A stretch of 32,940 nt of DNA from IMG/VR virus record IMGVR_UViG_2778261313_000015, one strand, 5' to 3'. The notes under the pieces are model-generated. The model ran no database searches, had not been told where the DNA came from, and saw only the letters and a program-made list of their open reading frames with translations. Positions 18,258-27,404 of this stretch are shown here, piece after piece. The stretch's first letter is position 1, and the number at the start of each line of letters is the position of its first letter. A program made the position numbers and the translations under genes. Source of the DNA: a virus (Duplodnaviria > Heunggongvirae > Uroviricota > Caudoviricetes).

Positions 18258-18402
18258 CCCGGAGACGAACGGCGATTTAAGTGCCGATATCCGGCAGCTT
18301 GAGAACGCGCTGGCACGCTGTGCCAGCCAGGTAAAAATGATTAAACACTGTCAGGACGAAAACGATGCTCAAACCCGACAGCCTGCGCAGGGCACTGACT
18401 GA
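18112..18402 (+). CDS. lysC: o-spanin lipoprotein (Rz1-like) LysC, embedded out of frame in lysB
   Basis: MKTKIFAAGTVLTCLMLCAGC lipobox signal; 96 aa; overlaps the lysB 3' end and the R 5' end. Confidence 0.75.
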   Translation: MKTKIFAAGTVLTCLMLCAGCTSAPPALTPVIVANACPKVSLCPMPGSDPETNGDLSADIRQLENALARCASQVKMIKHCQDENDAQTRQPAQGTD

Positions 18403-18832
18403 TGCCGTCACGGTGCTGAAAACCAGCCCCGAGATGCTGCGGATATTCGTGGATAACGGGAGTATTGCCTCCACACTGGCGACGTCGCTGTCATTCGAAA
18501 AGCGTTACACGCTCAATGTCATTGTGACCGACTTTACCGGTGATTTTGACCTGCTCATCGTGCCGGTGCTGGCGTGGCTGCGGGAAAATCAGCCCGACAT
18601 CATGACCACCGACGCAGGCCAGAAAAAGGGCTTCACGTTTTATGCAGACATCAACAATGACAGCAGCTTTGATATCAGTATCAGCCTGATGCTGACCGAG
18701 CGCACGCTGGTCAGTGAGGTGGACGGCGCACTGCATGTGAAGAATATCCCGGAACCCACGCCGCCGGAGCCGGTCACCCGCCCGGTGGAGCTTTATATCA
18801 ATGGCGAACTGGTGAGCAAGTGGGATGAATGA
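18365..18832 (+). CDS. R: tail completion protein R
   Basis: 155 aa, same length as P2 R. Confidence 0.85.
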   Translation: MLKPDSLRRALTDAVTVLKTSPEMLRIFVDNGSIASTLATSLSFEKRYTLNVIVTDFTGDFDLLIVPVLAWLRENQPDIMTTDAGQKKGFTFYADINNDSSFDISISLMLTERTLVSEVDGALHVKNIPEPTPPEPVTRPVELYINGELVSKWDE

Positions 18833-19277
18833 GTTTAAGCGTTTTGAAGACCGGCTGAGCGGACTGATTGAATCGCTGTCACCGTCAGGGCGTCGGCGAC
18901 TGAGCGCCGAACTGGCGAAACGTCTGCGGCAGAGTCAGCAGCGTCGGGTGATGGCTCAGAAAGCCCCGGACGGCACACCCTACGCGCCACGCCAGCAGCA
19001 GAGCGCCAGAAAAAAGACTGGTCGTGTTAAGCGAAAAATGTTTGCGAAACTTATCACCAGTCGTTTTTTGCATATCCGCGCCAGCCCGGAACAGGCATCA
19101 ATGGAGTTTTACGGCGGGAAGTCACCGAAAATCGCCAGTGTGCATCAGTTCGGTCTGTCGGAAGAAAACCGGAAAGACGGTAAGAAAATTGATTATCCGG
19201 CGCGTCCCCTGCTCGGCTTTACCGGTGAGGATGTGCAGATGATTGAAGAGATTATTCTGGCGCACCTCGACCGTTAG
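18825..19277 (+). CDS. S: tail completion protein S
   Basis: 150 aa, same length as P2 S. Confidence 0.85.
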   Translation: MNEFKRFEDRLSGLIESLSPSGRRRLSAELAKRLRQSQQRRVMAQKAPDGTPYAPRQQQSARKKTGRVKRKMFAKLITSRFLHIRASPEQASMEFYGGKSPKIASVHQFGLSEENRKDGKKIDYPARPLLGFTGEDVQMIEEIILAHLDR

Positions 19278-19343
19278 TTGTGCCATTCCCGACACCTCAT
19301 CGTCACATTGCCGCCGGTATGACCCGGCGGCATCCTTCCCGTT

Positions 19344-19979
19344 ATGAACACTCTCGCAAATATTCAGGAACTCGCGCGCGCACTGCGCAACATGATTCGT
19401 ACCGGCCTTGTCGTCGAAACCAACCTTAAAGCCGGTCGCTGCCGTGTGCAGACCGGTGGCATGTGCACCGACTGGCTTCAGTGGCTGACCCATCGTGCCG
19501 GACGTTCGCGCACATGGTGGGCACCTTCCGTGGGGGAACAGGTGCTGATTCTGGCTGTGGGTGGTGAACTCGACACGGCGTTCGTTCTGCCGGGGATTTA
19601 TTCCGGCGATAACCCCGCGCCGTCTGCGTCGGCGGATGCCCTGCATATCCGTTTCCCTGACGGGGCGGTGATTGAGTATGAACCCGAAACCAGTTCACTG
19701 ACGGTAAGCGGAATTAAAACGGCCAGCGTGACGGCTTCTGATTTTGTTACTGCCACGGTGCCGGTGGTCACGGTGAAAGCATCAACCCGCGTCACCCTGG
19801 ACACACCAGAGGTGGTCTGCACCAACAGGCTGATTACCGGCACGCTGGAAGTGCAGAAGGGCGGGACGATGCGCGGCAACATTGAACACACCGGCGGTGA
19901 ACTCTCATCAAACGGTAAGGTACTGCATACCCATAAACACCCCGGCGACAGTGGCGGCACAACAGGGGGACCTCTATGA
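19344..19979 (+). CDS. V: baseplate central spike protein V
   Basis: 211 aa, same length as P2 V. Confidence 0.85.
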   Translation: MNTLANIQELARALRNMIRTGLVVETNLKAGRCRVQTGGMCTDWLQWLTHRAGRSRTWWAPSVGEQVLILAVGGELDTAFVLPGIYSGDNPAPSASADALHIRFPDGAVIEYEPETSSLTVSGIKTASVTASDFVTATVPVVTVKASTRVTLDTPEVVCTNRLITGTLEVQKGGTMRGNIEHTGGELSSNGKVLHTHKHPGDSGGTTGGPL

Positions 19980-20323
19980 CAGCGCGTTATCTCGGAATGA
20001 ATCGCAGTGATGGCCTGACTGTCACTGACCTTGAGCATATCAGCCAGAGTATCGGCGATATCCTGCGCACACCGGTCGGCTCACGGGTGATGCGTCGTGA
20101 TTACGGCTCGTTGCTGGCGTCAATGATTGACCAGCCGCAGACCCCGGCGCTTGAGTTGCAGATTAAAGTCGCCTGTTACATGGCAGTGCTGAAATGGGAA
20201 CCCCGCGTCACCCTGTCATCCGTCACCACGGCGCGCAGTTTTGACGGGCGAATGACGGTCACGTTAACCGGCCAGCACAACGACACCGGCCAGCCACTTT
20301 CGTTAACCATCCCTGTGAGTTGA
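19976..20323 (+). CDS. W: baseplate wedge protein W
   Basis: 115 aa, same length as P2 W. Confidence 0.85.
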   Translation: MTARYLGMNRSDGLTVTDLEHISQSIGDILRTPVGSRVMRRDYGSLLASMIDQPQTPALELQIKVACYMAVLKWEPRVTLSSVTTARSFDGRMTVTLTGQHNDTGQPLSLTIPVS

Positions 20324-20327
20324 AACC

Positions 20328-21236
20328 ATGCCGATTATCGACCTGAACCAGCTACCCGCACCGGATGTGGTCGAGGAGCTGGACTTTGAAACCATTCTTG
20401 CCGAACGCAAGGCGACACTGATTTCCCTTTACCCGGAAGACCAGCAGGAGGCGGTCGCCCGTACCCTGACACTGGAATCTGAGCCTCTCGTCAAACTGCT
20501 GGAGGAAAATGCTTATCGTGAGCTTATCTGGCGTCAGCGTGTGAATGAGGCTGCACGGGCGGTGATGCTGGCCTGTGCAGCCGGTAATGACCTTGATGTG
20601 ATTGGTGCCAATTACAACACCACGCGCCTGATTATCACCCCGGCAGATGATTCGACCATCCCGCCGACACCGGCAGTGATGGAATCTGACACGGATTATC
20701 GTCTGCGTATTCAGCAGGCGTTTGAAGGTTTAAGCGTCGCCGGGTCGGTGGGTGCCTATCAGTATCATGGTCGCAGTGCTGACGGGCGTGTCGCGGATAT
20801 CTCTGTCACCAGTCCGTCTCCGGCCTGCGTCACCATCTCTGTGCTGTCACGTGAGAATAACGGTGTCGCATCCGAAGACCTGCTGGCGGTGGTGCGTAAC
20901 GCCCTGAATGGCGAGGACGTCAGGCCGGTGGCCGACCGCGTGACCGTGCAGTCTGCCGCCATCGTTGAATACCAGATAAATGCCACGCTTTACCTTTACC
21001 CTGGCCCCGAAAGCGAACCCATCCGCGCTGCCGCCGTGAAAAAACTGGAAGCGTATATCACGGCACAGCACCGGCTGGGGCGCGACATCCGACTGTCTGC
21101 CATTTATGCCGCTTTGCATGTGGAAGGCGTGCAGCGTGTCGAACTGGCTGCACCGCTGGCCGACATCGTGCTCAACAATACGCAGGCGTCTTTCTGTACC
21201 GAATACAGCGTCGTGACCGGAGGCTCGGATGAGTGA
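20328..21236 (+). CDS. J: baseplate wedge protein J
   Basis: 302 aa, same length as P2 J. Confidence 0.85.
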   Translation: MPIIDLNQLPAPDVVEELDFETILAERKATLISLYPEDQQEAVARTLTLESEPLVKLLEENAYRELIWRQRVNEAARAVMLACAAGNDLDVIGANYNTTRLIITPADDSTIPPTPAVMESDTDYRLRIQQAFEGLSVAGSVGAYQYHGRSADGRVADISVTSPSPACVTISVLSRENNGVASEDLLAVVRNALNGEDVRPVADRVTVQSAAIVEYQINATLYLYPGPESEPIRAAAVKKLEAYITAQHRLGRDIRLSAIYAALHVEGVQRVELAAPLADIVLNNTQASFCTEYSVVTGGSDE

Positions 21237-21840
21237 TTCGCGACTGCTGCCGACCGGCTCATCACCGCTTGAAGTCGCTGCCGCAAAAGCCTGTGCGGAA
21301 ATTGAAAAAACGCCGGTCAGTATTCGTGAGCTGTGGAACCCGGACACCTGCCCGGCAAATCTGCTGCCGTGGCTGGCGTGGTCATTTTCGGTTGACCGCT
21401 GGGATGATAAGTGGCCGGAAGCGACAAAACGCGCTGTTATCCGCGATGCGTATTTCATTCACTGCCATAAGGGCACTATTGGTGCGATTCGCCGTGTGGT
21501 GGAGCCGCTCGGCTATCTGATTGAGGTGAGGGAGTGGTGGCAGCTCAACGAGGAGCCGGGGACGTTCCGCATCGTTGTTGGCGTGCTTGAGCAGGGTATT
21601 ACCGAGGAAATGTATCAGGAGCTGGAGCGTCTCGTTGCTGATGCAAAACCTGCAAGCCGCCATCTGACGGGACTGGCTATCAGTTTAAGTACAACCGGCA
21701 ACATTTTTGCCGGTGCGGGATGCTATCACGGCGACGCCCTGACGGTTTATCCCTACACCCCGGAGGCCATTATTGTCGGAGGGGATTATTTCCCGGCCTC
21801 GGCCATTCATTTAATTGATAACCTGAGAGTAAACGCATGA
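21229..21840 (+). CDS. I: baseplate protein I
   Basis: 203 aa; position between J and H. Confidence 0.8.
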   Translation: MSDSRLLPTGSSPLEVAAAKACAEIEKTPVSIRELWNPDTCPANLLPWLAWSFSVDRWDDKWPEATKRAVIRDAYFIHCHKGTIGAIRRVVEPLGYLIEVREWWQLNEEPGTFRIVVGVLEQGITEEMYQELERLVADAKPASRHLTGLAISLSTTGNIFAGAGCYHGDALTVYPYTPEAIIVGGDYFPASAIHLIDNLRVNA

Positions 21841-23129
21841 CAGTGAAATACTACGCCATTCTGACTAATCAGGGCGCAGCACGGCTGGCTAACGCGACGA
21901 TGCTCGGCAGTAAGCTGAATCTGACGCAAATGGCCGTTGGTGATGCGAATGGTGTCTTGCCGACACCAGACCCGGCACAGACAAAACTGATTAACCAGAA
22001 ACGTATCGCGCCGCTGAATCTTCTGAGTGTTGACCCGAACAACCAGAGCCAGATTATTGCGGAGCAAATCATCCCTGAGAACGAGGGCGGATTCTGGATC
22101 CGTGAGATTGGGCTTTATGATGATGAAGGCGTACTCATTGCGGTGGCGAACTGCCCGGAAACGTACAAACCGCAGTTGCAGGAAGGCAGCGGTCGTACCC
22201 AGACTATCCGCATGATTCTGGTTGTCACGAATACCGAAGCTATTACGCTGAAAATCGACCCGTCGGTGGTACTGGCGACCCGTAAATACGTGGATGATGA
22301 AGTCCTGGAATTAAGGCTGTATGTGGATGACCAGATGAGAAACCACATTGCCGCACAGGACCCTCATACCCAGTATGCACAGAAACATAATCCGACATTT
22401 ACCGGAGAACCAAAAGCGCCGACGCCTGCCGCAGGAAATAACACCACGCGGATTGCGACCACTGCGTTTGTACAGGCCGCTATTACCGCTCTGATTAACG
22501 GTGCCCCTGACACGCTGGACACACTGAAAGAAATTGCCGCAGCTATCAACAATGACCCGAAATTCAGCGCCACCATTAACAATGCGCTGTCAGGTAAGCA
22601 GCCACTGGATGAGACGCTGACTCATTTGAGTGGAAAGGATGTAGCTGGTCTTCTCGCATACCTTGGTTTGGGAGAAGGTTCGGCATTACCCGTTGGTGTG
22701 CCTGTTCCGTGGCCTTCAGCCACACCGCCTACTGGCTGGCTGAAATGCAACGGTGCGGCTTTTTCTGCTGAAGAATACCCGGAACTGGCAAAGGTTTATC
22801 CGACAAATAAATTGCCTGATTTACGCGGTGAATTTATTCGTGGCTGGGATGACGGACGTGGAGTGGATGCCGGGCGACAATTATTATCTTCACAGGGGGA
22901 TGCAATAAGAAATATTGAGGGATTCGCAGATGGCGGGATCGGTATGTCTTTTGATGCAATCAGAGGGGCTTTTTACGATGCAGGAACACGATCAGCGAGA
23001 ATGCCGAATAACACAACTACTATAGACAAAACCGATGACCTTGGATTCGACGCCTCTCGTGTCGTGCCAACAGCTAATGAAAACCGTCCACGTAACATCG
23101 CCTTTAATTATATTGTGAGGGCTGCATAA
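21837..23129 (+). CDS. H: tail fibre protein H (constant N-terminal part plus the currently expressed variable C-terminus)
   Basis: 430 aa; conserved tail-fibre N-terminus MTVKYYAILTNQGAARLANA; a recombination site lies inside the ORF at about 22651-22677. Confidence 0.85.
   Translation: MTVKYYAILTNQGAARLANATMLGSKLNLTQMAVGDANGVLPTPDPAQTKLINQKRIAPLNLLSVDPNNQSQIIAEQIIPENEGGFWIREIGLYDDEGVLIAVANCPETYKPQLQEGSGRTQTIRMILVVTNTEAITLKIDPSVVLATRKYVDDEVLELRLYVDDQMRNHIAAQDPHTQYAQKHNPTFTGEPKAPTPAAGNNTTRIATTAFVQAAITALINGAPDTLDTLKEIAAAINNDPKFSATINNALSGKQPLDETLTHLSGKDVAGLLAYLGLGEGSALPVGVPVPWPSATPPTGWLKCNGAAFSAEEYPELAKVYPTNKLPDLRGEFIRGWDDGRGVDAGRQLLSSQGDAIRNIEGFADGGIGMSFDAIRGAFYDAGTRSARMPNNTTTIDKTDDLGFDASRVVPTANENRPRNIAFNYIVRAA
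22651..22677. repeat. left crossover site of the invertible segment (gix/hix-like), inside H
   Basis: TTCTCGCATACCTTGGTTTGGGAGAAG; the 15-bp TTGGTTTGGGAGAAG is repeated in inverse orientation at 24464-24478. Confidence 0.65.
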
Positions 23130-23722
23130 TGAAACCTGTTTTTGATGAAAATGGGCTGGCTACAGTGCCGGGTGATATGCGTTGTTTTTATTATGATGCA
23201 GTAACGTATGAATATACGGGCTGGTCTGATGAATATATTAATACTGGTGTAAGTATGCCCGCCTGTTCCACTGGTATTGACCCGGGCGAAAACATTCCGG
23301 GAAAAGTGGCAGTATTTACGGGTAAGGGATGGAGCCATGAAGAAGACCATCGCAATGAGACTGTTTACTCAACAGAAAATGGTGCAGCTGTTACAGTGGA
23401 TTATATCGGTGCCATCAAAGACGGTTATGTCACGCTTTCACCGTTAACGCCATATGATAAATGGGATGGTGAGAAATGGGTGACCGATACTGAGGCACAG
23501 CATAGCGCCGCAGTAGACGCGGCAGAAGCACAGCGTCAGTCACTGATTGATGCTGCAATGGCTTCCATCAGTCTGATTCAGCTGAAATTGCAGGCCGCAC
23601 GTAAACTGACGCAGGCAGAAACAACCAGACTTAACGCCGTGCTGGATTACATTGACGCGGTGACGGCAACAGATACCAGCACCGCGCCGGATGTCATCTG
23701 GCCTGAACTGCCGGAGGCGTAG
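23129..23722 (+). CDS. G: tail fibre assembly chaperone G
   Basis: 197 aa; C-terminal Tfa signature ...DYIDAVTATDTSTAPDVIWPELPEA. Confidence 0.8.
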   Translation: MKPVFDENGLATVPGDMRCFYYDAVTYEYTGWSDEYINTGVSMPACSTGIDPGENIPGKVAVFTGKGWSHEEDHRNETVYSTENGAAVTVDYIGAIKDGYVTLSPLTPYDKWDGEKWVTDTEAQHSAAVDAAEAQRQSLIDAAMASISLIQLKLQAARKLTQAETTRLNAVLDYIDAVTATDTSTAPDVIWPELPEA

Positions 23723-24113
23723 GCCATTCAATATCTGGAGCACTGGAGGTATCAACCAGTTCCAGTGCGTCCAGATAATCCAGCCACAAATTATATTGCG
23801 CCAGTTCCTCACCTTTCAGACGACCAATAGCCGCTTTACCAGGCCATTGCCTGCTGTTCATGTGCTCGTTGGCTTCATTAATAAGTTTTCCTTTTTTCAA
23901 CTCTGCCAATGCAATAAGGTTTTCTTTTGATAAAGGTGGTTGCTCTGTCAAAACCGGATATCCCTCCTGATTGCTGACTATTTTCATGCCATTATCCTGA
24001 CCATCCAGTAGTGACAGCCATTCATCCGTGGTTATCTCAACAGCATCTGAAGGTGCTTTATTTAAATCGGTAAAAAAACCATTTTCTTTTTGTGAATAGA
24101 AGTATCTGTCCAT
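23694..24113 (-). CDS. alternative tail fibre assembly chaperone (inverted copy, G')
   Basis: 139 aa; C-terminus ...DYLDALELVDTSSAPDIEWPTPPA parallels G; convergent with G and overlapping it. Confidence 0.75.
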   Translation of the reverse strand: MDRYFYSQKENGFFTDLNKAPSDAVEITTDEWLSLLDGQDNGMKIVSNQEGYPVLTEQPPLSKENLIALAELKKGKLINEANEHMNSRQWPGKAAIGRLKGEELAQYNLWLDYLDALELVDTSSAPDIEWPTPPAVQAR

Positions 24114-24116
24114 TTA

Positions 24117-24477
24117 TCAATCTCCAAAAGCAATCCAGTAAGCAAAAGGATTTATTCCTTGCTCAGTCACAGATGACATCAGGGAAAATTGCGATGATGA
24201 AACAGGTAATGCTGCAAAACTAACCATTGTTGACACACCTGACCGTGCATTATCGTACGATGCAACAACACAATAATTGGTATTGCTGAAAGATATCGGC
24301 AGGGTGATATTTACAGGTGAGCCTAATGGCCCTGATGCTGATATTCCCATTTGAATGATGGTTCCATCAGGCAATTTTCTCCAGCGATTAGAACTCGGAT
24401 TTCTTTTCCAGGCTGACATATCCGGTATCTGATTTTCTCCTGTACCCACATCCCTTTTCGCCGCTTCTCCCAAACCA
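24117..24477 (-). CDS. alternative tail-fibre C-terminal cassette (Hv'); has no independent 5' end in this orientation and would be fused to H after inversion
   Basis: Minus-strand reading frame continues through the right crossover site; ...GLGEAAKRDVGTGENQ... parallels the H junction ...GLGEGSALPVGVP... Confidence 0.65.
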
Positions 24478-24490
24478 ACGTTTATGAAAA
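24464..24490. repeat. right crossover site of the invertible segment (gix/hix-like)
   Basis: CTTCTCCCAAACCAACGTTTATGAAAA; inverted copy of the site inside H; about 55 bp upstream of the invertase gene. Confidence 0.65.
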
Positions 24491-24545
24491 TGCAGAGATA
24501 ACGGGCAAGTGGCATCATCTCCGGTTTTTATTCAGGGGGATGCTC

Positions 24546-25139
24546 ATGCTTATTGGCTATGTACGCGTGTCAACAAATGACCAGAACACGGAATTGCAGC
24601 GTAACGCGCTGGAGTGCGCAGGATGCGAGCGGATTTTTGAGGATAAAATCAGCGGCACGAAGTCCGACAGACCGGGACTGAAAAAACTGCTCAGAACATT
24701 ATCAGCAGGTGACACTCTGGTAGTCTGGAAGCTGGACAGGCTGGGGCGTAGTATGCGGCATCTGGTCATTCTGGTTGAGGAACTGCGCGAACGCGGCGTT
24801 AATTTTCGCAGTCTGACGGATGCTATTGATACCAGCACGCCGATGGGGCGTTTTTTCTTTCATGTGATGGGTGCCCTGGCTGAAATGGAGCGAGAACTCA
24901 TTGTCGAGCGGACACGCGCCGGACTGGAAGCGGCCAGAGCTAAAGGTCGTATTGGTGGCAGACGTCCGAAGCTCACCGCGAGTGAGTGGGAACAGGCAGG
25001 ACGGTTGCTGGCTGCGGGTGAATCACGTCAACGCGTGGCGCTGATTTTTGATATTGGCCTGTCCACGCTCTATAAAAAATTCCCCTCATCAGCGACAAAG
25101 AATAAATTGTGTCATCACTTAGCCAACCGGGACAAATAG
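24546..25139 (+). CDS. serine recombinase, DNA invertase (Hin/Gin/Cin/Pin family)
   Basis: N-terminal catalytic motif MLIGYVRVSTNDQ (serine nucleophile); resolvase-type catalytic domain; C-terminal HTH; AGGGGGA RBS. Confidence 0.9.
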   Translation: MLIGYVRVSTNDQNTELQRNALECAGCERIFEDKISGTKSDRPGLKKLLRTLSAGDTLVVWKLDRLGRSMRHLVILVEELRERGVNFRSLTDAIDTSTPMGRFFFHVMGALAEMERELIVERTRAGLEAARAKGRIGGRRPKLTASEWEQAGRLLAAGESRQRVALIFDIGLSTLYKKFPSSATKNKLCHHLANRDK

Positions 25140-25198
25140 CCTGACATCTCCGGCACAACTGAAAATACCACTCACCCATTAACCACGGAGTTAAACGG

Positions 25199-26389
25199 AT
25201 GAGTGACTATCATCACGGCGTGCAGGTGCTGGAGATTAACGACGGCACCCGCGTCATTTCCACCGTATCCACCGCCATTGTCGGCATGGTCTGCACGGCC
25301 AGCGATGCGGATGCGGAAATCTTCCCCCTCAATAAACCGGTGCTGATTACCAATGTGCAGAGCGCAATTGCAAAGGCCGGTAAAAAAGGCACGCTGGCGG
25401 CGTCGTTGCAGGCCATCGCTGACCAGTCAAAACCGGTCACCGTAGTCGTGCGTGTGGAAGACGGCACCGGCGACGACGAAGAAACGAAACTCGCGCAGAC
25501 TGTTTCCAATATCATCGGTACCACCGACGAAAACGGTCAGTACACCGGACTGAAAGCCCTGCTGGCGGCGGAGTCGGTAACCGGTGTTAAACCGCGTATT
25601 CTCGGTGTGCCGGGACTGGACACCAAAGAGGTGGCTGTTGCACTGGCATCAGTCTGTCAGAAGCTGCGCGCTTTCGGGTATATCAGCGCATGGGGCTGTA
25701 AAACCATTTCCGAGGTGAAAGCCTACCGCCAGAATTTCAGCCAGCGTGAGCTGATGGTCATCTGGCCGGATTTCCTCGCATGGGATACGGTCACCAGTAC
25801 CACCTCCACCGCGTATGCCACCGCCCGTGCGCTGGGTCTGCGCGCTAAAATCGACCAGGAGCAGGGCTGGCATAAAACGCTGTCCAACGTCGGGGTGAAC
25901 GGTGTTACCGGCATCAGCGCATCTGTATTCTGGGATTTGCAGGAGTCCGGCACCGATGCTGACCTGCTGAACGAGGCAGGTGTCACTACGCTGATTCGCC
26001 GCGACGGTTTCCGATTCTGGGGTAACCGTACCTGCTCTGATGACCCGCTGTTCCTTTTTGAAAACTACACCCGCACCGCGCAGGTGCTGGCCGACACGAT
26101 GGCTGAGGCGCACATGTGGGCGGTGGACAAGCCCATCACCACAACGCTGATTCGCGACATCGTTGACGGCATTAATGCCAAATTCCGTGAGCTGAAAACA
26201 AACGGCTATATCGTGGATGCGACCTGCTGGTTCAGCGAAGAATCCAACGATGCGGAAACCCTCAAGGCCGGAAAACTGTATATCGACTATGACTATACCC
26301 CGGTGCCTCCTCTCGAAAACCTGACCCTGCGCCAGCGTATTACCGATAAATACCTGGCAAATCTGGTCACTTCGGTTAACAGCAATTAA
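25199..26389 (+). CDS. FI: tail sheath protein
   Basis: 396 aa, same length as P2 FI. Confidence 0.9.
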   Translation: MSDYHHGVQVLEINDGTRVISTVSTAIVGMVCTASDADAEIFPLNKPVLITNVQSAIAKAGKKGTLAASLQAIADQSKPVTVVVRVEDGTGDDEETKLAQTVSNIIGTTDENGQYTGLKALLAAESVTGVKPRILGVPGLDTKEVAVALASVCQKLRAFGYISAWGCKTISEVKAYRQNFSQRELMVIWPDFLAWDTVTSTTSTAYATARALGLRAKIDQEQGWHKTLSNVGVNGVTGISASVFWDLQESGTDADLLNEAGVTTLIRRDGFRFWGNRTCSDDPLFLFENYTRTAQVLADTMAEAHMWAVDKPITTTLIRDIVDGINAKFRELKTNGYIVDATCWFSEESNDAETLKAGKLYIDYDYTPVPPLENLTLRQRITDKYLANLVTSVNSN

Positions 26390-26401
26390 GGAGCCTGACC
26401 G

Positions 26402-26920
26402 ATGGCAATGCCGCGCAAACTCAAGTTAATGAACGTCTTTCTGAACGGCTACAGCTATCAGGGCGTCGCGAAGTCCGTCACGCTACCAAAACTGACCCGT
26501 AAGCTCGAAAACTATCGCGGTGCGGGAATGAACGGCAGCGCACCGGTAGACCTCGGCCTTGATGACGATGCGCTGTCAATGGAGTGGTCGCTCGGTGGCT
26601 TCCCGGATTCGGTTATCTGGGAGCTTTACGCCGCAACCGGTGTGGATGCCGTGCCGATTCGTTTTGCAGGCTCTTACCAGCGCGACGATACCGGCGAAAC
26701 GGTGGCCGTCGAAGTGGTCATGCGTGGACGTCAGAAAGAAATCGACACCGGCGAGGGTAAACAGGGAGAAGACACCGAGTCGAAAATCTCCGTGGTCTGC
26801 ACCTATTTCCGGCTGACGATGGACGGCAAGGAGCTGGTCGAAATCGACACCATCAACATGATTGAGAAGGTGAACGGCGTCGACCGGCTGGAGCAACACC
26901 GCCGAAATATCGGCCTGTGA
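26402..26920 (+). CDS. FII: tail tube protein
   Basis: 172 aa, same length as P2 FII. Confidence 0.9.
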   Translation: MAMPRKLKLMNVFLNGYSYQGVAKSVTLPKLTRKLENYRGAGMNGSAPVDLGLDDDALSMEWSLGGFPDSVIWELYAATGVDAVPIRFAGSYQRDDTGETVAVEVVMRGRQKEIDTGEGKQGEDTESKISVVCTYFRLTMDGKELVEIDTINMIEKVNGVDRLEQHRRNIGL

Positions 26921-26930
26921 TTTTCATCCG

Positions 26931-26951
26931 GTCAGCCTGGCTGACCGGTTA
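26931..26951 (+). terminator. perfect palindrome CCGGTCAGCC/GGCTGACCGG after FII (possible attenuator; weak U tract)
   Basis: 10-bp stem directly downstream of the FII stop; no strong T-run follows. Confidence 0.3.
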
Positions 26952-26976
26952 ACCCTGATTCAGAAGTGAGAAAACC

Positions 26977-27252
26977 ATGAACAAAGAAAATGTGATTACC
27001 CTGGACAATCCGGTCAAGCGTGGTGAGCAGGTTATCGAACAGGTCACGCTGATGAAACCCAATGCCGGGACGCTGCGCGGTGTCAGTCTGGCTGCGGTCG
27101 CGAACTCTGAAGTCGATGCACTGATTAAGGTGCTGCCGCGCATGACGGCACCGATGCTGACCGAGCAGGAAGTCGCCGCGCTGGAACTGCCTGACCTTGT
27201 GGCGCTGGCCGGTAAGGTGGTCGGTTTTTTGTCGCCGAACTCGGTGCAGTGA
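26977..27252 (+). CDS. E: tail assembly chaperone E
   Basis: 91 aa, same length as P2 E; ends just after a GGTTTTTTG slippery run. Confidence 0.85.
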   Translation: MNKENVITLDNPVKRGEQVIEQVTLMKPNAGTLRGVSLAAVANSEVDALIKVLPRMTAPMLTEQEVAALELPDLVALAGKVVGFLSPNSVQ

Positions 27253-27404
27253 CGTTTCCGAAAAATCTCTCGGTCGATGACCTGATGGCAGATGTGGCTG
27301 TGATATTTCACTGGCCGCCATCAGAACTGTATCCCATGAGCCTGACCGAACTCATCACATGGCGCGAAAAGGCGCTCCGGCGAAGCGGAAACACGAATGA
27401 GTAA
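26977..27404 (+). CDS. tail assembly chaperone E+E' (predicted -1 programmed frameshift product)
   Basis: Slippery heptamer T6-G at about 27226-27232; the -1 frame stays open for 57 codons (VAELGAVTFPKNLSVDDLMADVAVIFHWPPSELYPMSLTELITWREKALRRSGNTNE) and stops at 27402-27404, overlapping the T start. Confidence 0.7.

Noticed and set aside
19280-19343. GCCGCCGG...CCGGCGGC inverted repeat between S and V as a terminator
   Set aside because: No U-run follows it, and a late promoter for V is expected here; the evidence is insufficient to call a terminator.
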